Positions 53,601 through 63,473 of a DNA stretch of 64,000 nt are shown one piece after another. The stretch is from a virus: the IMG/VR virus record IMGVR_UViG_3300030061_003170; one strand, 5' to 3'. The notes beneath the pieces were generated by a model. That model ran no database searches. It had not been told where the DNA came from and worked only from the letters and a program-made list of their open reading frames with translations. Within the stretch, counting starts at the first letter, position 1. Every line of letters begins with the position of its first letter. The position numbers and the translations under genes are program-made.

Positions 53601-54552
53601 CAGAGATGTCTATTGTTTCTTCAAATTTTTCCAACAAAGAACTATCATTTGGTTCTTCAAAGATGTTTTCACTATCTTCAATAACTTTTTCTATAAACTT
53701 ATAGTAATCATTTTCTAATTTTGTAGAAATATTAACAAATTTATTGGATCTACTAAAAGAAGTTAAGAAAGAGCCTAATTTATCTAGCCAATTACTAGAG
53801 ACATCAGCAGGGTCGATTTTAATCACACTAGATGCTAAAGAGTCTTTTAAATATTTCCCGACAAACTCTTCGGTTAAATTATTTTTTAAACTTTCCTCGG
53901 GAAAAAATGCTGGATCGGTTAAGTTTAATTTTGCAAACAATTCTTCACTTATTTCTCCATGCTCAGGTCCTAATAAATTAAAAATTTCAACTTCTTTTGC
54001 TGATTGAGGGGAAGCATTGCCACTTAAAGTGTATTTGCCTAAAAGGTTTTTTTTGATTAAGTCTGTTACAGACGTATCAAAAGTTTGAAAATTATAAAAT
54101 TGCTTTATTAAAGATATCAAGGGTATTGTAAAAATACTTTCAGTAGTGTTCATCGCATATCTTACAATTTTTACTTTTATTTTTTTAATTTCATCAGCAG
54201 AAAAATCCAGTTGATCAGTGTGCAGCGTTCCATCGACTACATCTTGACCTTGTCTAGTTGCAACACCTGTTTCATTTTCTCCAAAAACCTCAAGATCCAC
54301 ATATTCAAGTTCATAAGTGTTATAAAAAGGTGTATTATTTTGAAGCACTTGTTCTAGCAAATAAACACCATTGTTTAGTTTGCCCAATTCTTCTAAAGAT
54401 TCTTCTACGCCTTTTTGGTCAGTGGCTTTCACCAGTGACCTTATTTTTCGGACAATTGTTCTTAAATGTTCATCAATTACACTTTTTGCTTTTGCCTCGG
54501 CGTTGAGTCGAAATTCGTTCTCAAGACCTTCTAGCCTAATTGTTTCAGCCAT
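50689..54552 (-). CDS. large baseplate hub-like structural protein
   Basis: 1287 aa; C-terminal VTIEMFGNTIFYPGM...GYHTVTSV...FKTTI hub-like motif; position after the LysM gene. Confidence 0.6.
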   Translation of the reverse strand: MAETIRLEGLENEFRLNAEAKAKSVIDEHLRTIVRKIRSLVKATDQKGVEESLEELGKLNNGVYLLEQVLQNNTPFYNTYELEYVDLEVFGENETGVATRQGQDVVDGTLHTDQLDFSADEIKKIKVKIVRYAMNTTESIFTIPLISLIKQFYNFQTFDTSVTDLIKKNLLGKYTLSGNASPQSAKEVEIFNLLGPEHGEISEELFAKLNLTDPAFFPEESLKNNLTEEFVGKYLKDSLASSVIKIDPADVSSNWLDKLGSFLTSFSRSNKFVNISTKLENDYYKFIEKVIEDSENIFEEPNDSSLLEKFEETIDISVNSNMVMDGELIDLLDSGLYSIVARFIENARREQLVEDRRDFDEFPDPDSEGFQKTLDDIEKKALGELSGSPLGEEGEKELTEEDIKNRQRFFKQCALMMNLPQLAKSYQKIIKNRIQKTMAAQSAQSRGSVTCQTFSRKFNNVPFDGRLYMVSNPDNQSATLSKMLNSDVAKELFNIPPSVLSSLVPKIKLFRVQNDEKKAVKTEFVFETSEDLNRERNFEKTINFFDSQFDKGSGVGLKNFSFEFNGTNPAESRKDIKATLQLHFQSFGDFVAERIGYNGEKYRFVDLILHPPKDEKEIIHRNQYSPSYYRIMAEVGYHIPKKSDLEVMFPWYNKAEQLVESLVRTNKSFYLCMIDHDFQINVDGTVNLNITYGAYVETILKTHQYDALATPEIVENRKQIFKNFIDIVNKRNCTQEELQRYRSALDAQQQIFREKSLQSIIKRLLDREKIFVCEISSEQASSYRTLGFFKDKPVLTGLKTKTEDVTQEDAIQQGDTLQEEKTEIILNQVALPDGYNYNSPNDNTIQYFYFGDLLHTILDTMYKKEDPTVLREEVENCRFILGSFDFDVYKDASGLNHTINIAQIPISVEYFADWFTNNVIKKGSTRKTFPIITFIRNLSSNLLQQSLLESCVNRRLDKNYSFQTGQITAYNEGASGKNSRDPLRKVFDNKSQQPVIQIQSHRTNTSGSSGGRIFPFKGDTVSEVKDISNYHNYIYLGVLGSSLSTNGNGKYAADNKNGMYHIEIGNNKGIVKSVNFAKTDMQFVREARFFQQGIDGLLQLSTVYKVTIEMFGNTIFYPGMDLYLNPYGIGGDKLGSPTQGPFAPGGERSLANKLGIGGYHTVTSVKSSIGVSGFKTTIEAQMYYAGDGSTSYVSNGAPNGQNVPSISKAKGRANTKNSVECENVIIAVESDLNLVEQNQSPYYLSNISDTMETSNRVSSNASDAIDAELDSLYGQESDPDNPGSSTP

Positions 54553-54884
54553 TATTCAAATGCTCCCAATACAACATTAAGGTTGGTTGGGATCTCAATT
54601 ACATCTCCTGGCATCAAGTGTCCTTCTGTTGGTGTTTGATTCCACTGAGCAATGATATACCAAAGAGTCTGATCCCCATAGTATCTATAGGCAAGTTTCC
54701 AGAACTTGTCTCCTTGTGTCCAAAAGTGTTTAACAACATTAATTCTTTTTATCTCTTCTTCGTCGGGGTAAATTAATTCCGTGGTTGTATATTGAACAAT
54801 TTTTTTAACCCCTCGGTTATCCAAAGTGTTTTCATACATCTCATCATCATTCACTGCTCTGGTTCTAGTTTTAAACCTACTCAT
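54552..54884 (-). CDS. LysM/gp53-like baseplate wedge protein
   Basis: GDKFWKLAYRYYGDQTLWYIIAQWN...PGDVIEIP. Confidence 0.85.
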   Translation of the reverse strand: MSRFKTRTRAVNDDEMYENTLDNRGVKKIVQYTTTELIYPDEEEIKRINVVKHFWTQGDKFWKLAYRYYGDQTLWYIIAQWNQTPTEGHLMPGDVIEIPTNLNVVLGAFE

Positions 54885-54886
54885 AG

Positions 54887-55552
54887 TTATCTTCCTTTAA
54901 ACGGGAAACCAATAATCCCTCCACCAAAAGTACCGTCGGTATCTTTAACTTTACTAAATCCAAGTTGATGCTCGTGCAAAACATTAAAATCAATTGAGAT
55001 TTCAATAACCTTTGGGTAGAAATTCTGATTTTCTGTAAACATTCCCATCTCTAATGTTGGTGTCCAAGTAAGACTTGTCACGTAACCTAATAATCCTTGA
55101 CCATCATCGTTAGAATTGACAATTAAGTTTGCAAATGACAATCTAATTAATGGTGATTTTGAAATACTTAACGCATTTTGCGAGACTGTATTTGTTCCCA
55201 CTTGTTTATTGTCTGTGTTGTATTGAGGGTACAGCATTTGTGTCAAAAAACCACAGTTTGCCAAATTATATTGAGCCTCCTGAATGGTTCCCGCTGGTAC
55301 TGTCCACGAAATAGAATAAGATCTTTTAGTACCTTGAAACGTTGCAATGTTATCATTGCGACCATAAACTGGTTCTGCGTTCCAGGTCGAGTTAAAATTC
55401 TGTGTAAAATTATTTAAAAAAGCCATAAATTCTATTTCAATATCAGGCTCTACCATAGATTGAAATTTAAGTTTTGCTCCAGTAGCAGATGCGTACCCTT
55501 TAGGCACTGAAGTCGGCATCTTATTGTAAAATTCTTTTGGATATTTTGTCAT
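54887..55552 (-). CDS. tail tube initiator/baseplate tube-like protein
   Basis: YGRND...QGTKRS.SISW, PLIRL, G.V.SL, PKVIEISIDF. Confidence 0.7.
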   Translation of the reverse strand: MTKYPKEFYNKMPTSVPKGYASATGAKLKFQSMVEPDIEIEFMAFLNNFTQNFNSTWNAEPVYGRNDNIATFQGTKRSYSISWTVPAGTIQEAQYNLANCGFLTQMLYPQYNTDNKQVGTNTVSQNALSISKSPLIRLSFANLIVNSNDDGQGLLGYVTSLTWTPTLEMGMFTENQNFYPKVIEISIDFNVLHEHQLGFSKVKDTDGTFGGGIIGFPFKGR

Positions 55553-57753
55553 TGACTTGCGACCTCCTCAACAAATCCTGTTAATGTAGTCACACCAGCA
55601 TCATCAAGTTTTAGAACCATTTTCATTCCTTCAAAGACATTGTTAACACTTGACACTACATTGACAGCACTAGCGGCCACAGCAGCACCAGTAATTGAAT
55701 CCTTTGCCCTACCAGCAGTAACTAATGCCAGATTTTCAACAGTTGCCCTTGCTCTTACCATCACATCATTATTGGCTCCAATTTGTTTTAACTCTTCATT
55801 CATTGTTTCTAATGCTCTAGAGTCAGCCCCTATAAAAACGTCTGATAGCATTGCCAAACCAGCCCCAGCAGCGCCAACTGCTGCTAGCGCAGCAGCAACT
55901 TTCAACAGTATTGGACTTGCGGCAACAAGGCCCCCAATAAGACCACCGCCAGCAGCCCCTGCGCCTCCTGCCCCTAAAAGGCCTGCGCCTCCAAGAGCAG
56001 CGCCTCCAAGCAAAACACCTTTCAAAAGCGAAAATGCTTTAACAGACATAAGGATAGTAGGGACTAATACTTTTAGAGCGATAGTGAATGAGCCAAATAT
56101 AACGACACCTGCACCAATGGCTTGTCTTGTGTCTTTGTCTATTGAATCAACAAATTCGAGTGTAGCATCTAAAACATCATGTATACCAGCAAGTATTGGC
56201 TTTACTGCTACAGCAAATTCAGCAGCGAGAACTTTAAACTTAGTTGTAATATCCATTGTCGCCGCGACGGCTTCCTTTAGCCTTGCTGTACCATCAGCAC
56301 TTCTTTCCATTTGAGATCGATACTCTTCAAATTGGCCCATGTTCATGCCAAATATTCTTTGTGCTTCATTTAGGTCGCTAATACCAGCAGCGGCTGCAAT
56401 TGCTTTTTGACTGAACTTATCCATATCATTAAATGCAACCCCTTGGGCCTGAACTTGTTCAATAAGCATTTTAATTCTTTCATCTTCTTTCAACATCAAC
56501 ATTTCAGTTGTTGACAATTGAGTACCAAGAAGGGCATTAAATTTGGCGACTCCTTCAGCAGAACCTTGGAAAGTGTCAAACTTACGAGCAATGCTAAGAA
56601 GAGTTTCAGTCTCAACTCCTGCTACTTTGGCTGCGGCTGCAATACCTTTAAAAACGTGTATTGATCTCTCTCCATAAACTGCTAATAAGCCTAAAGATTT
56701 ATTAAAGTCTTGAGTCATTTTAGAAGCAGTTATTCCAAGAGTATCACCCATCATTGCTATGTTAGCAGCAGTATTACTGCTTTGTTCTTCAGTCATGCCT
56801 AAATTTAAATTTAAGAATTGGAATGTCTCAGCAGACATTTTTCCTGTCACGTTAAGTTTTTGAAGCATTGCTACTTGAGAGGCCATAGCCACTTTAGAAG
56901 AATCGGATATATTAACAAAGTTTGTTGTTTGTGCCTGAAGTATGCCAACTGCATCGGCAGCATCAGCCATGCTTACACCAAATAAATTGGCGGCCAGTTG
57001 GGTTTCTACCATAACATTAACAAGATCTCTACCAATAGAAGTTGTTTTTGCTAAAGATGCTTGTGCCTTGTCTGCTGCGATAACTAGCAGGGTTGTTTGT
57101 TCAACAATTTTAGTTACCATGGTGTAAACTAAATTTGTAAAATTAAATAAACTTTTAAAGTTTTCCGCAAAGGATTTCGCGGCATCTTCACTTGTTTTTA
57201 GGCCGTTACCAACGTCCATCATCGTCTTCAGAAAAGTGTTGCTCTTCATTGATACAAAGCCAATTGAACCAGCAATGTCATTAAGTAACCTTTTCTGGTC
57301 TCGGCCTGCTTTGTTTTGAGCCACACCTACCTGGTATAATTCCTCAGCATTGTTAAGTATCTCGCCAGCCTGTTCGCTAATAGCCTCTCGCAACTTAGTG
57401 TTCTCAGAGATTGATGTGGCTTGTGTTCTTATTTGATCAAGTATCCCCTCTTCAAGTTCCCCTCGTTTAATTGCTAATTTAACTTCAGATTCTAAAAGAT
57501 TTATCTGTGCTTGTCTCCGGGACTCAAGATCTTCTAAAGATGAGGCAGTACGAATTTGAGCAGCGGCTAAATCTTTTTCAAGACTTAACACTTCTTCTGA
57601 ATTATTGATATACAATTGTTGTTTTGCCAATAATCCCTCAAGAGCATCTATGGCCAGACGTTTTTGCTCTAAGGCTTTGCCATCTAGCAATTCTGCTTCT
57701 TTCTTAAGTTTATTCAGTAACTCTTGTATTTCTAATTGTTTTTGCGTTGACAC
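55549..57753 (-). CDS. tape measure protein
   Basis: 734-aa Ala/Leu/Gly-rich helical protein with hydrophobic segments, between tube/chaperone and baseplate genes. Confidence 0.8.
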   Translation of the reverse strand: MSTQKQLEIQELLNKLKKEAELLDGKALEQKRLAIDALEGLLAKQQLYINNSEEVLSLEKDLAAAQIRTASSLEDLESRRQAQINLLESEVKLAIKRGELEEGILDQIRTQATSISENTKLREAISEQAGEILNNAEELYQVGVAQNKAGRDQKRLLNDIAGSIGFVSMKSNTFLKTMMDVGNGLKTSEDAAKSFAENFKSLFNFTNLVYTMVTKIVEQTTLLVIAADKAQASLAKTTSIGRDLVNVMVETQLAANLFGVSMADAADAVGILQAQTTNFVNISDSSKVAMASQVAMLQKLNVTGKMSAETFQFLNLNLGMTEEQSSNTAANIAMMGDTLGITASKMTQDFNKSLGLLAVYGERSIHVFKGIAAAAKVAGVETETLLSIARKFDTFQGSAEGVAKFNALLGTQLSTTEMLMLKEDERIKMLIEQVQAQGVAFNDMDKFSQKAIAAAAGISDLNEAQRIFGMNMGQFEEYRSQMERSADGTARLKEAVAATMDITTKFKVLAAEFAVAVKPILAGIHDVLDATLEFVDSIDKDTRQAIGAGVVIFGSFTIALKVLVPTILMSVKAFSLLKGVLLGGAALGGAGLLGAGGAGAAGGGLIGGLVAASPILLKVAAALAAVGAAGAGLAMLSDVFIGADSRALETMNEELKQIGANNDVMVRARATVENLALVTAGRAKDSITGAAVAASAVNVVSSVNNVFEGMKMVLKLDDAGVTTLTGFVEEVASQ

Positions 57754-57765
57754 TTAAAGTTCCCC

Positions 57766-58110
57766 TCAATCTCTAAATGGCCACGGTAGATTTGTTTTTT
57801 CTGTAAAATCTACGGCTGCTTTATCAAGTTCTAACTTGATAGCCCTTGTGTCCTCATGACTCTTACCAAGTTCAACGTATGATTCAAGATATTCTTTCTC
57901 AAGGTTTAGAACTTTAGCGTAAGCCCTAACATCCTCATACTCACCTCGAATTACAAACTTAACTTCCTCAGCATCTTCTTCATTAAGGTTAGCAACAACA
58001 TTAGCATCTTCGCCATAAATATATTTAAGAAGTTTTTTGTTCCAAAAACCCCACATCTTCAAGAATGACTCTTGAAGGATTTCTTTGTTTGTAAAATCAA
58101 TACGGATCAC
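57766..58110 (-). CDS. hypothetical late protein
   Basis: GTG start with GGAGG SD; ACTATTTA motif at 58133-58140. Confidence 0.7.
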   Translation of the reverse strand: MIRIDFTNKEILQESFLKMWGFWNKKLLKYIYGEDANVVANLNEEDAEEVKFVIRGEYEDVRAYAKVLNLEKEYLESYVELGKSHEDTRAIKLELDKAAVDFTEKTNLPWPFRD

Positions 58111-58167
58111 GAGAATCCCCTCCATCTCTTATTAAATAGTCAAAAATTATAAATGCTCATGGAAGTA

Positions 58168-58374
58168 TTATCTTGAACTTCCACGAGCCTTTTCTATTTC
58201 TTTTGCTTCATCTTCAAATTGTTTTTGTAATCTTTCAACAAACCATCGACGAAGACCTATAGGTAAATTGTAAGCCTCGGTCATACTCCAGCCCCCATGA
58301 TGTTTTAGCAAAAAGAACTGTTCATACACTGCTTCCATATACCTATCGGTTAGGCCAAAAAAAGTCGATCCCAA
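58168..58374 (-). CDS. small tail/baseplate chaperone segment (frameshift extension or separate gene from ATG 58338)
   Basis: YEQFFLLKHHGGWSMTEAYNLPIGLRRWF; overlaps the upstream gene at a T7 run. Confidence 0.7.
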   Translation of the reverse strand: MGSTFFGLTDRYMEAVYEQFFLLKHHGGWSMTEAYNLPIGLRRWFVERLQKQFEDEAKEIEKARGSSR

Positions 58375-59179
58375 ACGGGACCTCTACCTCCTGTGTATAA
58401 TCGCAGTTTTTACAACTCATGTCTTGCTTAACTTCAATGTTCGGAGTAACTGCCTCTAAACACAGTTTAATATGCCTCGCATCAGATGCCGTGATATTAT
58501 CTAAAACATTTTGAATAATCTCTTTATCTTCAACGCCATGTATGTTAACTGTTACCATACTAATTTGCTCATAAGATAAACTAAGTTCTTCACTCTCAAT
58601 ATTGTCAACAATATATTTTGAAAGATAATTTTCATCCTTTCCAGTTAACAATCTAAACTGTAAACTAAAATTTGACATCGGTAATGTTGTTGTGAATGTT
58701 CCATCTCCATTTGAAGACACGTTAAGGCCCTCTAGAGATTGATTTTCAAACATCCTAGGGCTACCAATATCAAAGCGCAATTCGTTCGTTACAGAGCATT
58801 GTGGACACTGTAATTCAGCATCATACGCTGCCCCATATGCTGTCGCTCTTGCTGCAACTAATAATGCATTCTTATCACCTATCAAAAGATCCTCAACAAT
58901 GATAGAATCGTCAATGATAATATTCTGTAGGAATCTGTCTAGAGCAATACCTTTACGGATGAGTGATTGATTTGTAAGTATATCCTCATCTTTTGCTGTC
59001 ATGTATCGAATCTCAACTGAATCCTTGCCTTTTAGTGGATGTCCTTCGGGATAGTGATTACCCTTCGAAGGAATGTCAACGATTTCTGTTGGAGAGACAA
59101 AATCCAGTAAACTTACTGGTGGTGCCTCTGCTGGTTCCGCCTTATTATTGCCTAAGCGGTTTGAATTATTTCTTCCCAA
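58343..59179 (-). CDS. T4 gp26-like baseplate hub assembly chaperone
   Basis: IPSKG..Y, MTAKDEDIL, L.IGDKN, CPQC, CKNC, PFGIDFFW. Confidence 0.8.
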   Translation of the reverse strand: MGRNNSNRLGNNKAEPAEAPPVSLLDFVSPTEIVDIPSKGNHYPEGHPLKGKDSVEIRYMTAKDEDILTNQSLIRKGIALDRFLQNIIIDDSIIVEDLLIGDKNALLVAARATAYGAAYDAELQCPQCSVTNELRFDIGSPRMFENQSLEGLNVSSNGDGTFTTTLPMSNFSLQFRLLTGKDENYLSKYIVDNIESEELSLSYEQISMVTVNIHGVEDKEIIQNVLDNITASDARHIKLCLEAVTPNIEVKQDMSCKNCDYTQEVEVPFGIDFFWPNR

Positions 59180-59202
59180 TTTTCACCTCATTAAATTTAT
59201 TG

Positions 59203-59925
59203 TCATGGAAGTTGTTCGTATGTACCTCTACCAGATTTGTCGGTTTGTCGTTTTGGCGCGCCTGGTGTAGTCGATCCCGGGGTGTTATTTGTAACTTCAT
59301 CTGATAGTGGTGGGGATGTTGTCGTTTTTGATGGACTTGGTATGGCAGACAATGCTGCTGTTGTTGATGTGTTTAGTATGCTTTTTTGTTCCTGCTCAGA
59401 CTTTTGTTGTGCTTGCTTGTTCTGTGCATTACTTCCTTTATTTAATTCTGCAAAGTCATATGTAATTTGTATTGTTAGTTGAACTAGTTCATCTGACGAA
59501 TAGTCTAGTTTTCCAAAGTCAACGTTTGTTATAATGCTATTATATAATGTCCATTCCTCAGAAGACGTTCCGTCTGCTTCTAGTTGATGGAATATAATAT
59601 CATTTAAAGCGCCATCGAAGCCATTTTTTTCAATCCCGTCTCTGCCACTTTCTGCAACTGTATTTGGCGTATTGTAACCAGAACTAATTAAATAATTATA
59701 AATTTCATTTGTTCTAACAGAATCATCTATTATTGTAATAGTGACTGGTAACCACGTAGCAACACCAGGGTAATTAAATTTGTGATTAATTAATTGGTAT
59801 GAATTACTAGAGACCTCAACAGTGGGCTTATCAATTGATTTCGCCCAATACCAAACCCCAGTTCCTAAAATTTTAAAACGAAATTGCCTTTTTGGGTTAG
59901 TTTTATTGTCTTTCCAGAAAGCCAT
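59203..59925 (-). CDS. tail tube protein 2 (gp19-like) with Thr/Pro-rich extension
   Basis: PKRQFRF, YPGVATW, EEWTL, VDFGKLDYSSDE, ITYDFA. Confidence 0.85.
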   Translation of the reverse strand: MAFWKDNKTNPKRQFRFKILGTGVWYWAKSIDKPTVEVSSNSYQLINHKFNYPGVATWLPVTITIIDDSVRTNEIYNYLISSGYNTPNTVAESGRDGIEKNGFDGALNDIIFHQLEADGTSSEEWTLYNSIITNVDFGKLDYSSDELVQLTIQITYDFAELNKGSNAQNKQAQQKSEQEQKSILNTSTTAALSAIPSPSKTTTSPPLSDEVTNNTPGSTTPGAPKRQTDKSGRGTYEQLP

Positions 59926-59933
59926 CCATCACC

Positions 59934-60485
59934 TTATTTAAAGTATTTCGCCGGATCAACAGATCTATTACCAGTCTTAATTTCACACTCAGCATAATCG
60001 TAAGCAATTGTCATTGAAATTTCACGAAGATCATCTGAATCATAACTAAAAGTTGAAAGATCAGCATCAACAATCATTGGGTGCTTTACAGTCCAAACTT
60101 CAATTGGGTTACCATCTGCATCAATAACTGATATTATAAGATCCTTGATTGAAGTTTCAGTAGCATCTACTTTGTTAATTGTTTTGTATGTTGGTGCCTC
60201 GCCTGGGGCATCTTTTACTGCGTAACCACTATCTCGCAAAAGCCTCATAACTTGACTGGCTGCATCTGGACTAGCAGGGTCTACTAGTGTCAAGGTAATA
60301 TCTTGCCATCTAACCTTCCCGGGAAACTTGTAAACGTTATCTAGATATTGATGTTCTACTGGGGTTGAAGTAAAGGTAGGGATCTTTACATTTTTTGCCC
60401 ACCATAGAGGACCATCATCGCCAAGTTGAACCTTAAATCTAAATAGCCTTTTTGGCTCCTGTTTATTATCTTTCCAAAAACTCAT
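59934..60485 (-). CDS. tail tube protein 1 (gp19-like)
   Basis: EPKRLFRF, FPGKVRWQDITLTL.DP, EVWT, FSYDSDD, IAYDYA. Confidence 0.88.
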   Translation of the reverse strand: MSFWKDNKQEPKRLFRFKVQLGDDGPLWWAKNVKIPTFTSTPVEHQYLDNVYKFPGKVRWQDITLTLVDPASPDAASQVMRLLRDSGYAVKDAPGEAPTYKTINKVDATETSIKDLIISVIDADGNPIEVWTVKHPMIVDADLSTFSYDSDDLREISMTIAYDYAECEIKTGNRSVDPAKYFK

Positions 60486-60505
60486 GTTTCATAACTCCTT
60501 CAAAT

Positions 60506-60513
60506 TAAATAGT
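60506..60513 (-). promoter_or_regulatory. putative late promoter ACTATTTA
   Basis: same 8-mer upstream of the sheath (63474), 58133, 36106 and 36732; variants at 23157, 14922, 18111 and 30242. Confidence 0.6.
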
Positions 60514-60515
60514 GT

Positions 60516-63440
60516 TTACTCGAATTCTACACCGCTTCTAGAGATAACAAAATCAATAGCGATGAATTCAATAGCACGAGCCGGCTTAATGTAGATCTGG
60601 GCATACATGATGTTCTGATCGATCAGGTCAGGTGTAGTGGTTGTCTCATCAAGAACAATCTTAAAATCAGTTACACCATAATTGGATTTAACATTCTGTA
60701 AGATCCTCGAGGCTTGTCCCTTAAATCTATTAAAGGTCACGTCAACTGCTTGGTCGAACAAGAGGTTACGAGCAACAGCACCGATACGCTTCTTGATGAA
60801 CACCATCAATCGACGAACGTTGATGCGATCTAGAGCAGACTGATTAAGTTGAAGTGTCTTCTGTCCGAAAGCAACAATCCCACCAGCAGCAGAGAAGTTG
60901 GCAATTGGATTAATCTTTGCAGCATAAAGATCATCACGAAGTCCTTTGGTGAGTCTCTCATAAGTATCAAGCACTTGTGGACCATTAGGGCCGCCGAGAG
61001 GACTAAGGCCCCCGCGATTAAACCCAGCAGGTGCAAACCATGGTTGAGAAGCAGCCTCAGATGCTGCAATCGCTCCAATACCAGCAACTGAAGAAGGGAC
61101 ATAGAGATTTACATCATTAATTGTATCTCCTAGCAAAACTGCTGGGTAATATGCAGTAGCATAAGAATTGTTAATAAATCTGTTTTGAAGATTGTTAACA
61201 GTACTACTTACCGAACCGGCCTGTTCAACACCAGAATTACCATCGTAACCTGGTACATATCCACCATCAAGGTCAATAATTGCAAGGTGATCAGTCCGCT
61301 CGGCAGCAATTTCTAACATGCGATCTGTGATATCGTTATCGTTGATACCAGGGATTGCTAAAAGATCGAATGATACGTTTTCTGGGTCTGCAACAATGTC
61401 TAGAGTCTTTTCTAGTGTTGCTCTTTCATAAGATGTGTTAAGATTGGTTCCAATGTTTGTATTATCAAATGGATCTGCTTCAAAAACATCAACACCGTTT
61501 GTACCGCCCATCAATGGTGCAACAAATTGTCTAACGCCACCGCTAATAGTGCTTGTGAAAAGTGTCTTAAGACCATCAGATGCTCTCGCAGTAACAGAGA
61601 CATTGTCTTTGAAAGAACCTGATTGAAAATAGAATCTTCTAGAAGGAAGACCAGATTCAAGGTTTTGTCTTATATCATCAAGAGAGAATATAAAAGAGTA
61701 CTCCATTGCAGCCGGTGGTGCAGCAGTTTCTGAAAGAAAATGACTAAAACCACCAGGCAATTCTCTGACTAGATCATTATAACTTGCATCTTGATAAGTG
61801 TCTGCTGCAAGTCTTCTGTGGTCCACTCCAAAGTTATAAGTATGAGCGTATGCCGGTTGATTATTTGGGGCTGTACCTTGTGTGGTTAGTTTCAAAGAAG
61901 GATATATGAAAGACCCAGTGAAGGCGAGGGATGTTCCTAACTCATCAAATATAAAACTATCGGCAACAGCATCAGAGCCTGGCATTTGAAGCCCACCAGT
62001 AACAACTGTGTTGAGTTCGCGTGCTGGCGATGTGTCCCCAAGAGCCAGACCAAAAGGTCTGATCAGTCCAGAACCGGACATGATACTGAAACCCTTAGGC
62101 CTAAGAGGTCCATAGAACCCAACTGGTAAACTAAGAGCACTTGCTAGAGTTTTGTTTTCTACTTTTGAAGAAACTTCAACTCTAATTAAGTTCCCTCTAA
62201 GTGGATGCAGACCTCTATTGCTAAATCTTTTCTCGGTCGAATCCCACTCTGGTCTTTGATCACCAATCTTTCTAGAGATATAGTCAGAACGGCCTGGATC
62301 TAAAGTACATCCAGTATACAATTCTTCTGCTTGACCAGCACTATTAATAACTGACACAGAAAAAGAGGAAGGCTCTTCCGCTGTTCCCATTTTAAGATCT
62401 GAGATTTTAATTCTGTATTTCTTTTGAATCTCATCGCCTTCACTTAAAGCAATAAATCTAAATAGTTTTTCTTGCTGTGGTTGCTGGCTGATGAACCACC
62501 CAGTTTGAGCAGCCTGAGCATCGCCTAGATTATATCCCCAGTTATTACTTGTCAACGAACCAGATTGTAAGGCTAGGATGAGTCCATATTGCTTACCTGC
62601 CGCTCCAGAGATATCAGTAACAATTCTTTGTACCGACTCTTCATATGTTTCACCTAGGAAATACTTTAAATCAGTTCCTCCAAAGTTTGCATTGTTTCTT
62701 ATCATCTGAGGATTTGTATTAAACTTGTTTCTAATATAATTGTTAGTATCAGTTGGATCAAAGTTTACAACATGTTGTACATCATCAACCAATATTCTAA
62801 AAGTATTAGGTGCGGCTGCAGTGCTAATCGAGTTAATAAGCCTTCCAGATGCAGTGATTGGGGTGATGGCTGCAGGCTGTGTTGCTGTTTGACTACTTGT
62901 GGTTGGTGTTCCAATCAACTGAACACCGGCACCAGTTACATAAAAAACAGCGGCAAGAGATCCTGTGAAAGAACCGACTTGAAATGAATTCAATGATGAT
63001 GATGGCATGATAAACAAACCATAAGCAGAAACGTTATTAGTAGCATTTTGATTAGGACCATTCACGTTCAGTCCTGGAATTTGCCAACCTGCTTCTCCAC
63101 CAGCCGTAGCATCTGAGGACTTTTCTCCCAAAAGACGGATATACTTTACAGGACCAACACCAGATGCCAAATATGCTTGTGCAGCATACATTGCATACAT
63201 TGGCGAGCCATAATTTCCACCTCTCCAAACATCTTTAGATTGAGATCTACCGGAAACAGGATCTCCAAAAACTTGTCTAAATTCTGCAAAATTATTAACT
63301 TTTACTGGCTTCATTGCCGGACCCATCGGTGCTCTACCAATAAGAAGGAGGCCGTCTTCCTCCGGGACTGGGCTAATCTGTGATTCGTCAACTTCTCTCA
63401 GTTGAACGCCAGGTGAAATAAAATCAAATCTTCTAGGCAT
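60516..63440 (-). CDS. contractile tail sheath protein (gp18-like)
   Basis: SPGVQLREVDES, PWFAPAG..RG, RDDLY...INPI, GQKTL, ALDRINVRRL, P...IEFI. Confidence 0.95.
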   Translation of the reverse strand: MPRRFDFISPGVQLREVDESQISPVPEEDGLLLIGRAPMGPAMKPVKVNNFAEFRQVFGDPVSGRSQSKDVWRGGNYGSPMYAMYAAQAYLASGVGPVKYIRLLGEKSSDATAGGEAGWQIPGLNVNGPNQNATNNVSAYGLFIMPSSSLNSFQVGSFTGSLAAVFYVTGAGVQLIGTPTTSSQTATQPAAITPITASGRLINSISTAAAPNTFRILVDDVQHVVNFDPTDTNNYIRNKFNTNPQMIRNNANFGGTDLKYFLGETYEESVQRIVTDISGAAGKQYGLILALQSGSLTSNNWGYNLGDAQAAQTGWFISQQPQQEKLFRFIALSEGDEIQKKYRIKISDLKMGTAEEPSSFSVSVINSAGQAEELYTGCTLDPGRSDYISRKIGDQRPEWDSTEKRFSNRGLHPLRGNLIRVEVSSKVENKTLASALSLPVGFYGPLRPKGFSIMSGSGLIRPFGLALGDTSPARELNTVVTGGLQMPGSDAVADSFIFDELGTSLAFTGSFIYPSLKLTTQGTAPNNQPAYAHTYNFGVDHRRLAADTYQDASYNDLVRELPGGFSHFLSETAAPPAAMEYSFIFSLDDIRQNLESGLPSRRFYFQSGSFKDNVSVTARASDGLKTLFTSTISGGVRQFVAPLMGGTNGVDVFEADPFDNTNIGTNLNTSYERATLEKTLDIVADPENVSFDLLAIPGINDNDITDRMLEIAAERTDHLAIIDLDGGYVPGYDGNSGVEQAGSVSSTVNNLQNRFINNSYATAYYPAVLLGDTINDVNLYVPSSVAGIGAIAASEAASQPWFAPAGFNRGGLSPLGGPNGPQVLDTYERLTKGLRDDLYAAKINPIANFSAAGGIVAFGQKTLQLNQSALDRINVRRLMVFIKKRIGAVARNLLFDQAVDVTFNRFKGQASRILQNVKSNYGVTDFKIVLDETTTTPDLIDQNIMYAQIYIKPARAIEFIAIDFVISRSGVEFE

Positions 63441-63473
63441 TAAAATTCTCCTTATGCATTAATACATTCAAAG

